A stretch of 32,000 nucleotides of DNA from Raphidiopsis brookii D9 (lineage in GTDB: Bacteria > Cyanobacteriota > Cyanobacteriia > Cyanobacteriales > Nostocaceae): contig ACYB01000046.1 of assembly GCA_000175855.1 (NCBI GenBank), positions 30,001 to 62,000 of the forward strand, written 5' to 3'. Positions 11,237-20,353 of this stretch are shown in pieces. Below the pieces are notes generated by a model. The model made no database searches and was not told the origin of the DNA. It saw nothing but the letters and a program-made list of their open reading frames with translations. The position numbers were made by a program, and so were the translations under genes. Position 1 is the stretch's first letter. Every line of letters begins with the position of its first letter.

Positions 11237-12484
11237 TCAACAACCGCGTAAACGAGTTTTAGGGTAGTAAATTGGTGCTATTTGGCAATTAGTTTCCCGT
11301 CCATTTTTTTTGGTGTAAGTTTTAACTCCTATCACAGATGGCAGAATTTCCTGGGGTGAAGTACCAAAAATGTTTAATAGTGAGTTTTCTGGCATGGTTA
11401 ATAGTTTTTTGCCAACCTCTAACATAGATAAATGAGTTTTGTCAAAATACTTATAGTAGTTGATGCATTTTTGAATATAATGGATAAGTGCCAATCCTGT
11501 AAATTGAACCACCCGGATAATAAACTGTGGGAAGTATTCTAAAACTATGGGAAAGATCTGGAGATAGGTTCGCATAATTGCAATTAGGGAGGGTTGAACC
11601 TTATCCAGGGAAATAAGGGCTAAATGGAGGGATTCTTCTAGGTCTAAACTGGAATCTACCACCAAACTAGAAAGCCATATTTGTAGATAACTAGCGAGTA
11701 GAGTTCCTAAATCAAAAGCGGGATCCCCCCAAGCATATACTCCCCATTGCTTAAATCTGACTAGACAGTCATCTAAATTTTGCCAGCGGGAATGAACCAG
11801 AATATTATCCAGTTGTAAATCATTGTGGGTTAAACAACATGGTTTCCAATGGTATGATAAATCCCCAATGGCCGATTCTAGTTCTTCATACTGTTGATAA
11901 ATCGCATGAAATTCCAGTGCTGCTGTGGGAATTTTGCCCAACACCTGCTGGGTAAGGTAGCTTATTCCTTGCACTGGATTGTAATAATTGTAGCGTAACT
12001 CTCCCTCGGGTGCAGTATCTATAAAATCACGGTATTCCCGCTTCTGGAAAGTGGAACGATGTAAACATGCTAATGCACTACCAATAGAAGTGGCAATCTC
12101 TAAGGGGAAAATACTGTGCTTTTTGTAAAACTCCTCTAGTTCCATATACTCGGTCAAAACAGTACAGACCAGGATAGAGTTTTCCGCATCAAAGTGTAAT
12201 AGTAAAGATGCGATCGCCGGAATATTACTAAGAAGGGGAAATTGTAATAGTAATTGGTGAAAAACCCACTCGTTCCAGGACTGGTGGTTACTGGGATATT
12301 CCTCATGAGGAGTTTCTTGTTTAATTATAATTTGGCGGTTACCAGAGAGTTTCACCAAGAAAATATGGTTATCAATAGTAGTTTGATGTAAATCAGAATC
12401 AGGGGATGGGGAATCTTGTGAACTGAACAGACCTGTGTCATAAAGGTACTGGATCACATTTTCGGAAGACAGTGATATTTTCAT
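11237..12484 (-). CDS. APH-fold phosphotransferase/kinase-like protein
   Basis: 415 aa; catalytic-loop motif CCLTHNDLQLDNILVH and GVYAWGDPAFDLGTLLASYLQIW typical of aminoglycoside phosphotransferase-fold enzymes; immediately upstream of the HopA1-like gene. Confidence 0.8.
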   Translation of the reverse strand: MKISLSSENVIQYLYDTGLFSSQDSPSPDSDLHQTTIDNHIFLVKLSGNRQIIIKQETPHEEYPSNHQSWNEWVFHQLLLQFPLLSNIPAIASLLLHFDAENSILVCTVLTEYMELEEFYKKHSIFPLEIATSIGSALACLHRSTFQKREYRDFIDTAPEGELRYNYYNPVQGISYLTQQVLGKIPTAALEFHAIYQQYEELESAIGDLSYHWKPCCLTHNDLQLDNILVHSRWQNLDDCLVRFKQWGVYAWGDPAFDLGTLLASYLQIWLSSLVVDSSLDLEESLHLALISLDKVQPSLIAIMRTYLQIFPIVLEYFPQFIIRVVQFTGLALIHYIQKCINYYKYFDKTHLSMLEVGKKLLTMPENSLLNIFGTSPQEILPSVIGVKTYTKKNGRETNCQIAPIYYPKTRLRGC

Positions 12485-12805
12485 GTATAACGTTCCCAGT
12501 TACTTAAATTACCGAGCGGATTGATGTGGAAATTGAGGAGTTTTCCGTTGTGAGGATTAAGTAGATAGCGACAATACACCAACCATTAAATATTGCTGTT
12601 ATCTAGTAATATCTTGTTTATTTAATGAAAACCTGCCAATATGGCAAATTTACCTTGATTTGCACTTTAATTGCACTTCAAATTATACGGAAGACCCTAT
12701 AGCCCTGTAAAATATTGACACCGCTGACGATACTAACTCCAGTATACATTGAATTTTTTAGTTTTCATCCCATTCATGGTAAAATATACATATACTGATC
12801 AGCCC

Positions 12806-14134
12806 ATGTCTACCATTAATACTTCATTCCACACCAAAGTCCAATTTTTACAGCGTCAAGCGGCGTCTGTGTTACTTTATCAGTCAGTATTACAAACGGA
12901 AGTAGGAATGGGGTTTCTAGAATTACTCCAAGCCATACGCTACACAGATGGAGATGGACGTAATTGTCTGCAAGCTTATGGCAATTACTTTCATTCTTTA
13001 GCAAGCAGTCAGCAAACTTGGGAAGAATATTTAATTAGACAAATTCTCCTATCAGACAATCCCTTTACTAAACTGGCTCAAAAGCGAGAATTCACTGATT
13101 TACCATCAGCATTAATCGCTGCTGCGCAGCATGATCTACAGATATTACAAAACTTGTATGAGTGTAACTGTGCCCTTTTGAGTGAGTGGGTACAGAATGT
13201 ATGCCATTTACCAGTTTCCCCAGTTGTGTGGTATCAAGAACCCCAACCTCAACAAAGCCAAACAGTAATACTTCAAGACTTAATGATCACTTGGCAACAG
13301 TTAGAAAACTGGGGTGATATTATTAGGGATCTGGTAACCTATTATCAACACCAGGGAGGTGGGTTATTTGCCCAATATCGAGCTTTTAGATGGGAAACTG
13401 GGCAGTTTGTTGGCATACCCTATCCTGATAGGGTTAAACTAGAAACACTGGTAGGTTATGAGGAACAAAAACAAATTCTGTTAAAGAATACCCGGTTTTT
13501 ATTATCAGGACGACCAGCGCTCCATGTATTACTTTATGGTAGTCGTGGTTCTGGAAAGTCCTCCCTAGTAAAATCCCTATTAAATCAGGATGGTTATTAC
13601 AATCTGCGCCTAGTGGAAGTAAGAAAATCAGAGTTGCATAGTTTACCACAAATTGTGGAATATTTACGCGAGTTACCTCAGAAATTTATCATTTTCGTTG
13701 ACGATCTTTCCTTTGAAGAGGATGATGATGTCTTCAAATCACTAAAAGTTGTTTTGGAAGGTGGTTTAACCCCCCGTCCCAATAATGTGGTTGTTTACGC
13801 CACATCTAACCGTCGCCATTTAATCAGGGAGTATTTTACCGACAGACCAAACCCGAAGGATCACCAAGAGATTCATAGTTGGGATACAATGGAGGAGAAA
13901 CTTTCTTTTGCAGATCGTTTTGGTTTAACACTAACCTTTGAAGCTGCTGATCAGAGAACCTATTTACAAATAGTCCATCACTTAGCAGCAGAAACGGGTA
14001 TGAATTTAACCAGGGAAGATTTGGAATTTCAAGCTCTCCAATGGGCAACCCGTCATAATGGGCGTTCCGGTCGTACAGCACGACAGTTTATTGACTTCCT
14101 ACAAGCCGATTCAAATGACAATAACAACTACTAA
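12806..14134 (+). CDS. AAA+ ATPase, DUF815-like; start probably ATG at 12806 (ORF opens at 12749)
   Basis: Walker A HVLLYGSRGSGKSSLVKSLL, Walker B KFIIFVDDLSFEEDD, sensor NNVVVYATSNRRHLIREYF, ADRFGLTLTF. Confidence 0.85.
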   Translation: MSTINTSFHTKVQFLQRQAASVLLYQSVLQTEVGMGFLELLQAIRYTDGDGRNCLQAYGNYFHSLASSQQTWEEYLIRQILLSDNPFTKLAQKREFTDLPSALIAAAQHDLQILQNLYECNCALLSEWVQNVCHLPVSPVVWYQEPQPQQSQTVILQDLMITWQQLENWGDIIRDLVTYYQHQGGGLFAQYRAFRWETGQFVGIPYPDRVKLETLVGYEEQKQILLKNTRFLLSGRPALHVLLYGSRGSGKSSLVKSLLNQDGYYNLRLVEVRKSELHSLPQIVEYLRELPQKFIIFVDDLSFEEDDDVFKSLKVVLEGGLTPRPNNVVVYATSNRRHLIREYFTDRPNPKDHQEIHSWDTMEEKLSFADRFGLTLTFEAADQRTYLQIVHHLAAETGMNLTREDLEFQALQWATRHNGRSGRTARQFIDFLQADSNDNNNY

Positions 14135-15125
14135 TTCTCACCAAATAACTACAGTTAAAATCAGCAAGATACCATCAGTTATAGTTAGTAATAGACTGGT
14201 TATAGGTGTACTATCGTTCAGTATAAGTTTTGGTTTAAGTATTGTTCCCCAATGGAATTTTAGTCATGCTTTGATTAGTGCTATCATTACTGTCATTGCC
14301 ACCTATACAGCCGCCTTATTCGCTGACAAGCGACGAAGAAATCATGAATTAATGGTTTTAAATTCCCTCTACCCTAAAATCAGGGAAATGGAGCAGTTGA
14401 AATATCGTATTGTCAGAGAAATCGAACAATTAGAACAACATAGAGTTTTAGCATATACAGAATCAAAACAACTAGAAAATCAAATACTAGATTGCCGTAA
14501 TAAGAGAGATACTATTCACCGGGAGATAGGTAACTATGCTGCGGAAAAAAGGCAATTAGAGTTGGAAATTGGCACGATGGAAGGAACCATGGGTGAGCTA
14601 CAAAACAGTAGGCAAGAATTGCATAAATCTTGTATAGATCTAACAGCTGAGAAGCGTCGTCTGGATATTAATTGTCAGGTTTTACGGTCAGAAATTGGCC
14701 AGCTACAATCTCAAATAGCAATTTATAAACAAGAGAAAGAGGAACTAGAAAGCAACCTGGTTCTTTCCCAGAGACTTAAACCTCAACTAGAAGAGAAGCT
14801 CCATGAACTGAGAACAGAAAGTCAAGATTTAGAGAACCAGGTATTGACACAAAAGAACCTATTACAGGAAGCTATAGAAACTGAGCAGGGTTTACAAGCC
14901 AAAATGGTTGACCTACAACACCACAAACAAAAGCAAGAAACAGAAGTGAGTCAATTACAAAATCGAATTTCCTTACTCAGGGATGAACATGACCTATTGC
15001 AAAACCAAGTTTGGGAATTATTGCAAAACCTGGAAACCCTAGCTCCACAAAGTACTCTTGCAGATGATGAAGATAACAACGGGGAAAATAATGTTGAGTT
15101 GTTCCCCTTTGATGATTTACTATAG
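14115..15125 (+). CDS. Membrane-anchored long coiled-coil protein; start probably ATG at 14115, overlapping the upstream AAA+ gene by 20 nt
   Basis: Two hydrophobic segments near N-terminus (LVIGVLSFSISFGLSIV; ALISAIITVIATYTAALFA), then ~240 aa of Glu/Gln/Leu-rich heptads. Confidence 0.75.
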   Translation: MTITTTNSHQITTVKISKIPSVIVSNRLVIGVLSFSISFGLSIVPQWNFSHALISAIITVIATYTAALFADKRRRNHELMVLNSLYPKIREMEQLKYRIVREIEQLEQHRVLAYTESKQLENQILDCRNKRDTIHREIGNYAAEKRQLELEIGTMEGTMGELQNSRQELHKSCIDLTAEKRRLDINCQVLRSEIGQLQSQIAIYKQEKEELESNLVLSQRLKPQLEEKLHELRTESQDLENQVLTQKNLLQEAIETEQGLQAKMVDLQHHKQKQETEVSQLQNRISLLRDEHDLLQNQVWELLQNLETLAPQSTLADDEDNNGENNVELFPFDDLL

Positions 15126-15169
15126 TTACTTGCAGTTAAACCTCTCCCACTTCTAAACTCGTCAAAACT

Positions 15170-15853
15170 ATGAATGCAACTGATGACAAAACAATAGTAC
15201 GTGAATATTTTAATTCTACGGGGTTTGACCGATGGAAACGTATTTATGGTGATGGAGAGGTCAACCGTGTACAATTGGATATTCGTACAGGACATCAACA
15301 AACTGTAGATACGGTTATTACCTGGTTAAGGGATGATCAGAATTTGTCCCAACTCACCATTTGTGATGCTGGATGTGGTGTGGGTAGTTTAAGTATTCCC
15401 CTTGCTGTGGAAGGAGCTAAAGTTTACGCCAGCGATATTTCCGCAAAAATGGTTGCAGAAGCTCAGGACAGAGCTGTAATTTCTTTGAAAAATACTGCCA
15501 ACCCTACCTTCACTGTTCAAGACTTAGAATCTTTAACTGGCAACTATCATACGGTAATATGTTTGGACGTGCTAATTCACTATCCCCAAGAAAAAGCAGA
15601 TGAGATGATATCCCATTTATGTTCCTTAGCGCGATCGCGGGTCATTATCAGTTTTGCTCCCAAAACCTTTTGGCTGACCATTCTCAAGAAGATAGGTAGT
15701 TTTTTCCCCGGACCGAGTAAAGCGACTCGTGCCTATTTACACCGGGAATCCGATGTAATTAACATCTTAGCAAAAAATGGGTTTCAAATTCAAAGAAAAG
15801 CTATGACCAGAACCAGGTTTTACTTCTCCCAACTGTTGGAAGCAACAAAGTAG
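15170..15853 (+). CDS. chlM: Magnesium protoporphyrin IX methyltransferase
   Basis: 227 aa; REYFNSTGFDRWKRIYGDGEVNRVQLDIRTGHQQTVDTV, DAGCGVGSLSIPLA, DVLIHYP, FFPGPSKATRAYLHRE; highly characteristic of ChlM/BchM. Confidence 0.96.
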   Translation: MNATDDKTIVREYFNSTGFDRWKRIYGDGEVNRVQLDIRTGHQQTVDTVITWLRDDQNLSQLTICDAGCGVGSLSIPLAVEGAKVYASDISAKMVAEAQDRAVISLKNTANPTFTVQDLESLTGNYHTVICLDVLIHYPQEKADEMISHLCSLARSRVIISFAPKTFWLTILKKIGSFFPGPSKATRAYLHRESDVINILAKNGFQIQRKAMTRTRFYFSQLLEATK

Positions 15854-15903
15854 GTTTTTAACCTGCTAATAAACTACTAAATGGAATAAATTGTTAAACT
15901 ATT

Positions 15904-16675
15904 ATGTCTATTACGTCCTCAGATGCGAAAATAGCAGTTGAATTTCGAGATGTGAGTTTTGAGATTAATCACCGTCTTTTAGTATCTAAACTCAATCTTC
16001 AAATTAATCAGGGGGAAGCGCTGATCTTACTGGGACGCAGTGGTAGTGGCAAAACTACTACCCTAAAACTAATTAATCATTTACTTAAACCCACTCAAGG
16101 GGAAGTTTCTGTCCAAGGTCTTTCCACAAATGACTGGGATGTGATTAAACTTAGAAGAAGTATAGGTTATGTGATTCAAGAAACAGGTTTGTTCCCCCAT
16201 TTTAACGTGGCTGAAAATATTGGAATTGTACCATCTTTAGAAAAATGGCCATCCAAAAAAAATTAAAATCAGAGTCCATGAAATGTTAGATTTAGTGGGG
16301 TTAGAGCCAACTAAATTTGCTGAACGTTACCCCCATCAGTTATCAGGAGGACAAAAACAAAGAATAGGTGTCGCTAGAGCATTAGCAGCAGATCCACCTA
16401 TTTTATTAATGGATGAGCCTTTTGGTGCGCTAGACCCTATCACTCGCTTGGAACTACAACAACAATTTCAGTATTTACAGCGACAGTTGGGGAAAACAGT
16501 TATATTTGTGACTCATGATATTCAAGAGGCGTTCTTTTTGGCATCCAGAATTGGGTTAATGTACGAAGGAAGTCTAGTAGCTTTAGGCACAAAACGAGAA
16601 TTTATTCAATCTCAACATGGGGAAGCAAAAGCTTTTTTTGGCTTGTTTGACTGCTGCGCACCATTGGGAACATAA
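15904..16675 (+). CDS. OpuC/ProV-type osmoprotectant ABC transporter ATPase, split by a frame change at an A8 run (16255..16262) into ORFs 15904..16266 and 16283..16675
   Basis: First ORF has Walker A LLGRSGSGKTTTLKLIN; second has signature HQLSGGQKQRIGVARAL and Walker B ILLMDEPFGALDP. Span 772 nt = 257 codons + 1 nt. Confidence 0.9.
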
Positions 16676-16719
16676 TAATTAAATAATTAGGACTTTTCAT
16701 CCCATGTTTTTATCACCTT

Positions 16720-18261
16720 ATGTTTTTACTAAAATATAGTCGGGAAATTCTAATTGGTAGTTGGGAACATTTGATATTAGTGGCCATTGCTATGGTTGTG
16801 GCGATTAGTATTGGTATTCCGTTGGGAATTTATATCACTCGTCAACCAAAACTTGCACCTGGTATTTTAGGTTTAGCTAATGCTATTCAAACCATTCCCA
16901 GTTTAGCCATATTTGGGTTTTTAATTTCTGTGCCTTTTTTGGGAGGAATTGGTAGAAATCCTGCAATAGTTGCCTTAGCTCTTTATGCTTTATTGCCAAT
17001 TATTCGCAATACTTACATTGGGATTAATGGGATTAATCCTGCGATTAAAGAAGCGGGAATTGGTATGGGAATGACGGATAGACAATTGTTATTAAAAGTG
17101 GAAATTCCCTTGGCCTTACCAATTATTTTAGCGGGGGTAAGAGTCGCAACCGTCATATCTGTGGGAATTGCTACTGTTGCTGCTGCTATCGGTGCTGGTG
17201 GTTTAGGAACTTTTATTTTTCGGGGGATTTCTACGGTTAATAATGAGTTGATTTTGGCAGGTGCAATACCTTCTGCTGTAATTGCTCTAGGTGCGGATTT
17301 TTGTTTGGGTTTGTTGGAAACTTATCTCACTCAACGAATAGGTAATAAAGATGGTAGAAAACAAGTTTCCTGGATTTTAGTAATAGTTTTAGGCATAATT
17401 TCGTTGGGGATATCTGGGTTAGTTATCTTTAACTGGCAATTTACATCTACAACACCAACAATTACCATTGGCTCAAAAAACTTTACTGAGCAGGTTATAT
17501 TGGGAGAAATTCTAGCACAACAAATAGAAAATCATACTCAATTAAAGGTAGAGCGTAAGTTTAATTTGGGGGGAACTTTTGTTTGTCACGAAGCAGTAAA
17601 AGCAGGTAAAATCGCTGGTTATGTGGAATATACAGGAACTGCATTTACGGCAATTTTAAAGGAGAAACCAATTACAGATCCGCAAATTGTCTATGAAAAG
17701 ACTAAACAAGTATATCGGGAAAAATATAACTTGATAGTTATGCCATCTTTAGGATTTGAAAACAACTATGCCATAATTATTCGCAGTGAGGATGCCAAAA
17801 AATGGCAAGTTAAAAACCTTTCGGAAATTGCTGCTTATAGTAATCAGTTGAAAGCGGGTTTTAATTATGAATTTTTAGAGCGTGCTGATGGTTATTCTGG
17901 TTTGTCTAAAACATATCGATTACGATTTGCTAATGTTAAGCAAATGGAGTTGGGTATAATGTACCAAGCACTTAAAGAAAAGCAAGTTGATTTAATTGTG
18001 ACTAATTCTACCGATGGTTTGATTCAAGTTTTAAATTTGGTGATTTTAGCAGATGATAAAAAATACTTTCCACCTTATGAAGCTGTCCCAGTCTTTAATC
18101 AACAGATTCTCCAAAAATACCCAGAATTAGCAACTGCTATTAATCGGTTAGGTGGGAAAATTTCTACCGCTCAAATGCAGCGGATGAATTATCAGGTGGA
18201 TAATCAATCTCGTCCTGTCCAGGATGTGGTAAGGGAATGGTTAAAATCCCAAAGTTTATGA
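16720..18261 (+). CDS. ABC transporter permease fused to a glycine-betaine/choline-type substrate-binding domain
   Basis: 513 aa; N-terminal permease (GIPLGIYITRQPKLAPGILGLANAIQTIPSLAIFGFLI) and C-terminal QAT-family binding domain (ITIGSKNFTEQVILGEILAQQIE). Confidence 0.93.
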   Translation: MFLLKYSREILIGSWEHLILVAIAMVVAISIGIPLGIYITRQPKLAPGILGLANAIQTIPSLAIFGFLISVPFLGGIGRNPAIVALALYALLPIIRNTYIGINGINPAIKEAGIGMGMTDRQLLLKVEIPLALPIILAGVRVATVISVGIATVAAAIGAGGLGTFIFRGISTVNNELILAGAIPSAVIALGADFCLGLLETYLTQRIGNKDGRKQVSWILVIVLGIISLGISGLVIFNWQFTSTTPTITIGSKNFTEQVILGEILAQQIENHTQLKVERKFNLGGTFVCHEAVKAGKIAGYVEYTGTAFTAILKEKPITDPQIVYEKTKQVYREKYNLIVMPSLGFENNYAIIIRSEDAKKWQVKNLSEIAAYSNQLKAGFNYEFLERADGYSGLSKTYRLRFANVKQMELGIMYQALKEKQVDLIVTNSTDGLIQVLNLVILADDKKYFPPYEAVPVFNQQILQKYPELATAINRLGGKISTAQMQRMNYQVDNQSRPVQDVVREWLKSQSL

Positions 18262-18732
18262 TTTTATGACTCTTGTTTTAACCTAAATAGGGGATAAGAG
18301 TAGAGTTATTAATCTGAGTTTGGATTAAGGAAATTGGGATAAATCCAGTTCATAGGAAGGGTGGGTTTCTTAGTTTGGCAGTGATAAGCGATTAATCTAC
18401 ACAGGATATTAACGCAAAAATTAACAGGAGTTCTCTCTCATGGTAATATTAAGAAATTCTGAAGCATCATCCAAACTCTATAACCTTCGTGGTAATGTCT
18501 GAGAATAGCTCAGTTATCACTTTAGTACCTTAAATACCTTACCCGGATTTGAACCTGATACTTTAATATGAAGATCATTCTAACCCATTTTTCGATAGCG
18601 ATCATAGGATTATGTTAGGCAGTTTTTGTGACACAAGAAGCCCTGATTCGTCTCCATTGTGTCCTAATTGGCCCCGCTTTTATCAATACCCCAGTTTCCA
18701 AGTAGCTCAGAATTAATCAAGAGGTCAAATCA

Positions 18733-20238
18733 ATGAAAATTGGATTAGTAGAACTCCCCCAACTCAAAGTCCTTGATCCCACGGGCAATGACTGGACTGA
18801 ACAAAATCAACATCCTCTAATTAGCAAACAGATCTTAATCGCCAACCTGGAGGCTGGAGGATTTGAAGTTGAGTTATTCAACCTCAAAAACGGAACCCAA
18901 CAAGAACAATTTGGAGAAACGATTTGGAAAGGGATGACCCTTCAGAAGATTGCTTATGGTCAACTGGTTAGTTCTATTGACTCTGAATCTTGTGATGCTT
19001 GGGGAGTCACAAATAACTTTACCATTTATCGAGAATTAGCAGGTTTAGTCTTGCGACATTTAGCTAAGGGTGGCAAACCTATTATAGTTGGAGGTTCAGA
19101 TGTTATTGCCCAACCTCACTATTACTTTAATGCTGGAGCAACGGCTGTTGTAACTGACAAATCGGGGGCAGCAAACTGGGCTATTTTTGATTATGTTTTA
19201 GGTCAACCGCAACGGGAGGAGCTATCAGGAGTTTTATTCCCAGATGGGACAGAATATCGCAAGCGCCGTCATCCCCTACATCCCCAAGATTGGTTTCTGC
19301 CCTCAATTTCTGTTGCTCAAGCTTGTTTAGGGGGAGGTAATGATTTTGCCGATAACCTTTCAGAATCATCATTATTACCCATCGGTTCTGCTATGTTTGA
19401 TTTAGGCTGCGATCGCACCTGTGACTTTTGCCAAACCCCAACCTATGGCTCAGGCTATTTGCGGATGACCCCTGAACGTGCTTTAGCATGGGCTGCTAGA
19501 CAAAAGGAAGCAGGTGCAAAAAGCATGGTTTCTGACTCAGATCAATTTCTTGGTCGTGTTCTCTTTCCGGAAGGAAAACAAGAAGTTCTCGACATCATCA
19601 AAGGATTGCGAGAAATGAATTTACCCATCTCCTGGGACAATGGCATTGAGCTAAGAAAAGCCACCAAAGGACGAGGCAAAGAGCGAAATCCTGAAGACTT
19701 AGAACCCGATGAAGAATTGGTAGAAGCCATGTGGGGTTGGGATGGCAAAACTGGATGTTTCATGGCCTATATTCCTGCTGAACGTCCCTTCGTGGGTCGT
19801 CAGGCCTATAAAAAACTACTTCCTTGGCAACAGCACTGTCAAATGCTCAGAGCTATTGTCCGCGCTGGAGTGCCAACCATTTCTTATGGTTTCATTATTG
19901 GCTTACCTGAGGATAATCGAGATAGTTTTCTGTATTTAGAAGAAGCCATCAAGGAACTGAAGCAAGAACTCAGAACCATCAACCCATCCCTGAACTTCTT
20001 TGTGACCCCCTATTCCATTATTCCCATTCCTGGAACTCCCCAAGAATACAACCTCAAAAAAGCTAACTTACTCCGATTTGAAGACCCCACAATTCGTGGT
20101 AATTTCTGGACAAGTTCTGTTGATACCCATCATCTAACTTATGATCAAGTTTCAGACTGGCAATTGCATCTGTTTAGGAGTCTGGGAGATAACTGGACAA
20201 CTGATGCAATGCCACTAGGTAGAACTTCACCCCGTTAA
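18733..20238 (+). CDS. B12-binding-domain-type radical SAM protein, function unknown
   Basis: 501 aa; CDRTCDFCQTP (CxxxCxxC [4Fe-4S] motif); N-terminal Rossmann-like segment PIIVGGSDVIAQPHYYFNAGATAVV; YGFIIGLPEDNRDSF. Confidence 0.85.
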   Translation: MKIGLVELPQLKVLDPTGNDWTEQNQHPLISKQILIANLEAGGFEVELFNLKNGTQQEQFGETIWKGMTLQKIAYGQLVSSIDSESCDAWGVTNNFTIYRELAGLVLRHLAKGGKPIIVGGSDVIAQPHYYFNAGATAVVTDKSGAANWAIFDYVLGQPQREELSGVLFPDGTEYRKRRHPLHPQDWFLPSISVAQACLGGGNDFADNLSESSLLPIGSAMFDLGCDRTCDFCQTPTYGSGYLRMTPERALAWAARQKEAGAKSMVSDSDQFLGRVLFPEGKQEVLDIIKGLREMNLPISWDNGIELRKATKGRGKERNPEDLEPDEELVEAMWGWDGKTGCFMAYIPAERPFVGRQAYKKLLPWQQHCQMLRAIVRAGVPTISYGFIIGLPEDNRDSFLYLEEAIKELKQELRTINPSLNFFVTPYSIIPIPGTPQEYNLKKANLLRFEDPTIRGNFWTSSVDTHHLTYDQVSDWQLHLFRSLGDNWTTDAMPLGRTSPR

Positions 20239-20263
20239 TTGTGAGTTAAAATAATTCATAATT

Positions 20264-20281
20264 CCTTGCCTTTAGGTAAGG
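20264..20281. terminator. Possible terminator-like hairpin 3' of the radical SAM gene (no clear T-tract)
   Basis: CCTTGCC-TTTA-GGTAAGG (7-bp stem with one G-T pair), 26 bp after the stop codon. Confidence 0.35.
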
Positions 20282-20353
20282 GAGTGTCAACTCATTATAT
20301 TAAGAATAGTCTTGGGGAGTATCAACTCCCTAAACCTCTCCTGTATAAATGTT

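Noticed and set aside
12625-12702. Small plus-strand ORF MKTCQYGKFTLICTLIALQIIRKTL as RiPP precursor for the kinase/HopA1 pair
   Set aside because: Only 25 aa, hydrophobic, no leader/core character or clear ribosome-binding site, and divergent from the pair; likely promoter-region noise.
18629-18709. GTG-initiated 25-codon ORF (VTQEALIRLHCVLIGPAFINTPVSK) in the radical SAM leader
   Set aside because: Too short and without supporting signals; contains the inverted repeat more plausibly explained as regulatory.
19181-19939. ORFs antisense or alternate-frame to the radical SAM gene
   Set aside because: The 501-aa radical SAM frame with CxxxCxxC explains the region.
20281-20330. Near-repeat GGAGTGTCAACTC / GGAGTATCAACTCC between the radical SAM and MurL-like genes
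   Set aside because: Only two imperfect copies ~35 bp apart in a convergent intergenic gap; could be chance or a 3'-end structure, not a CRISPR or mobile element.
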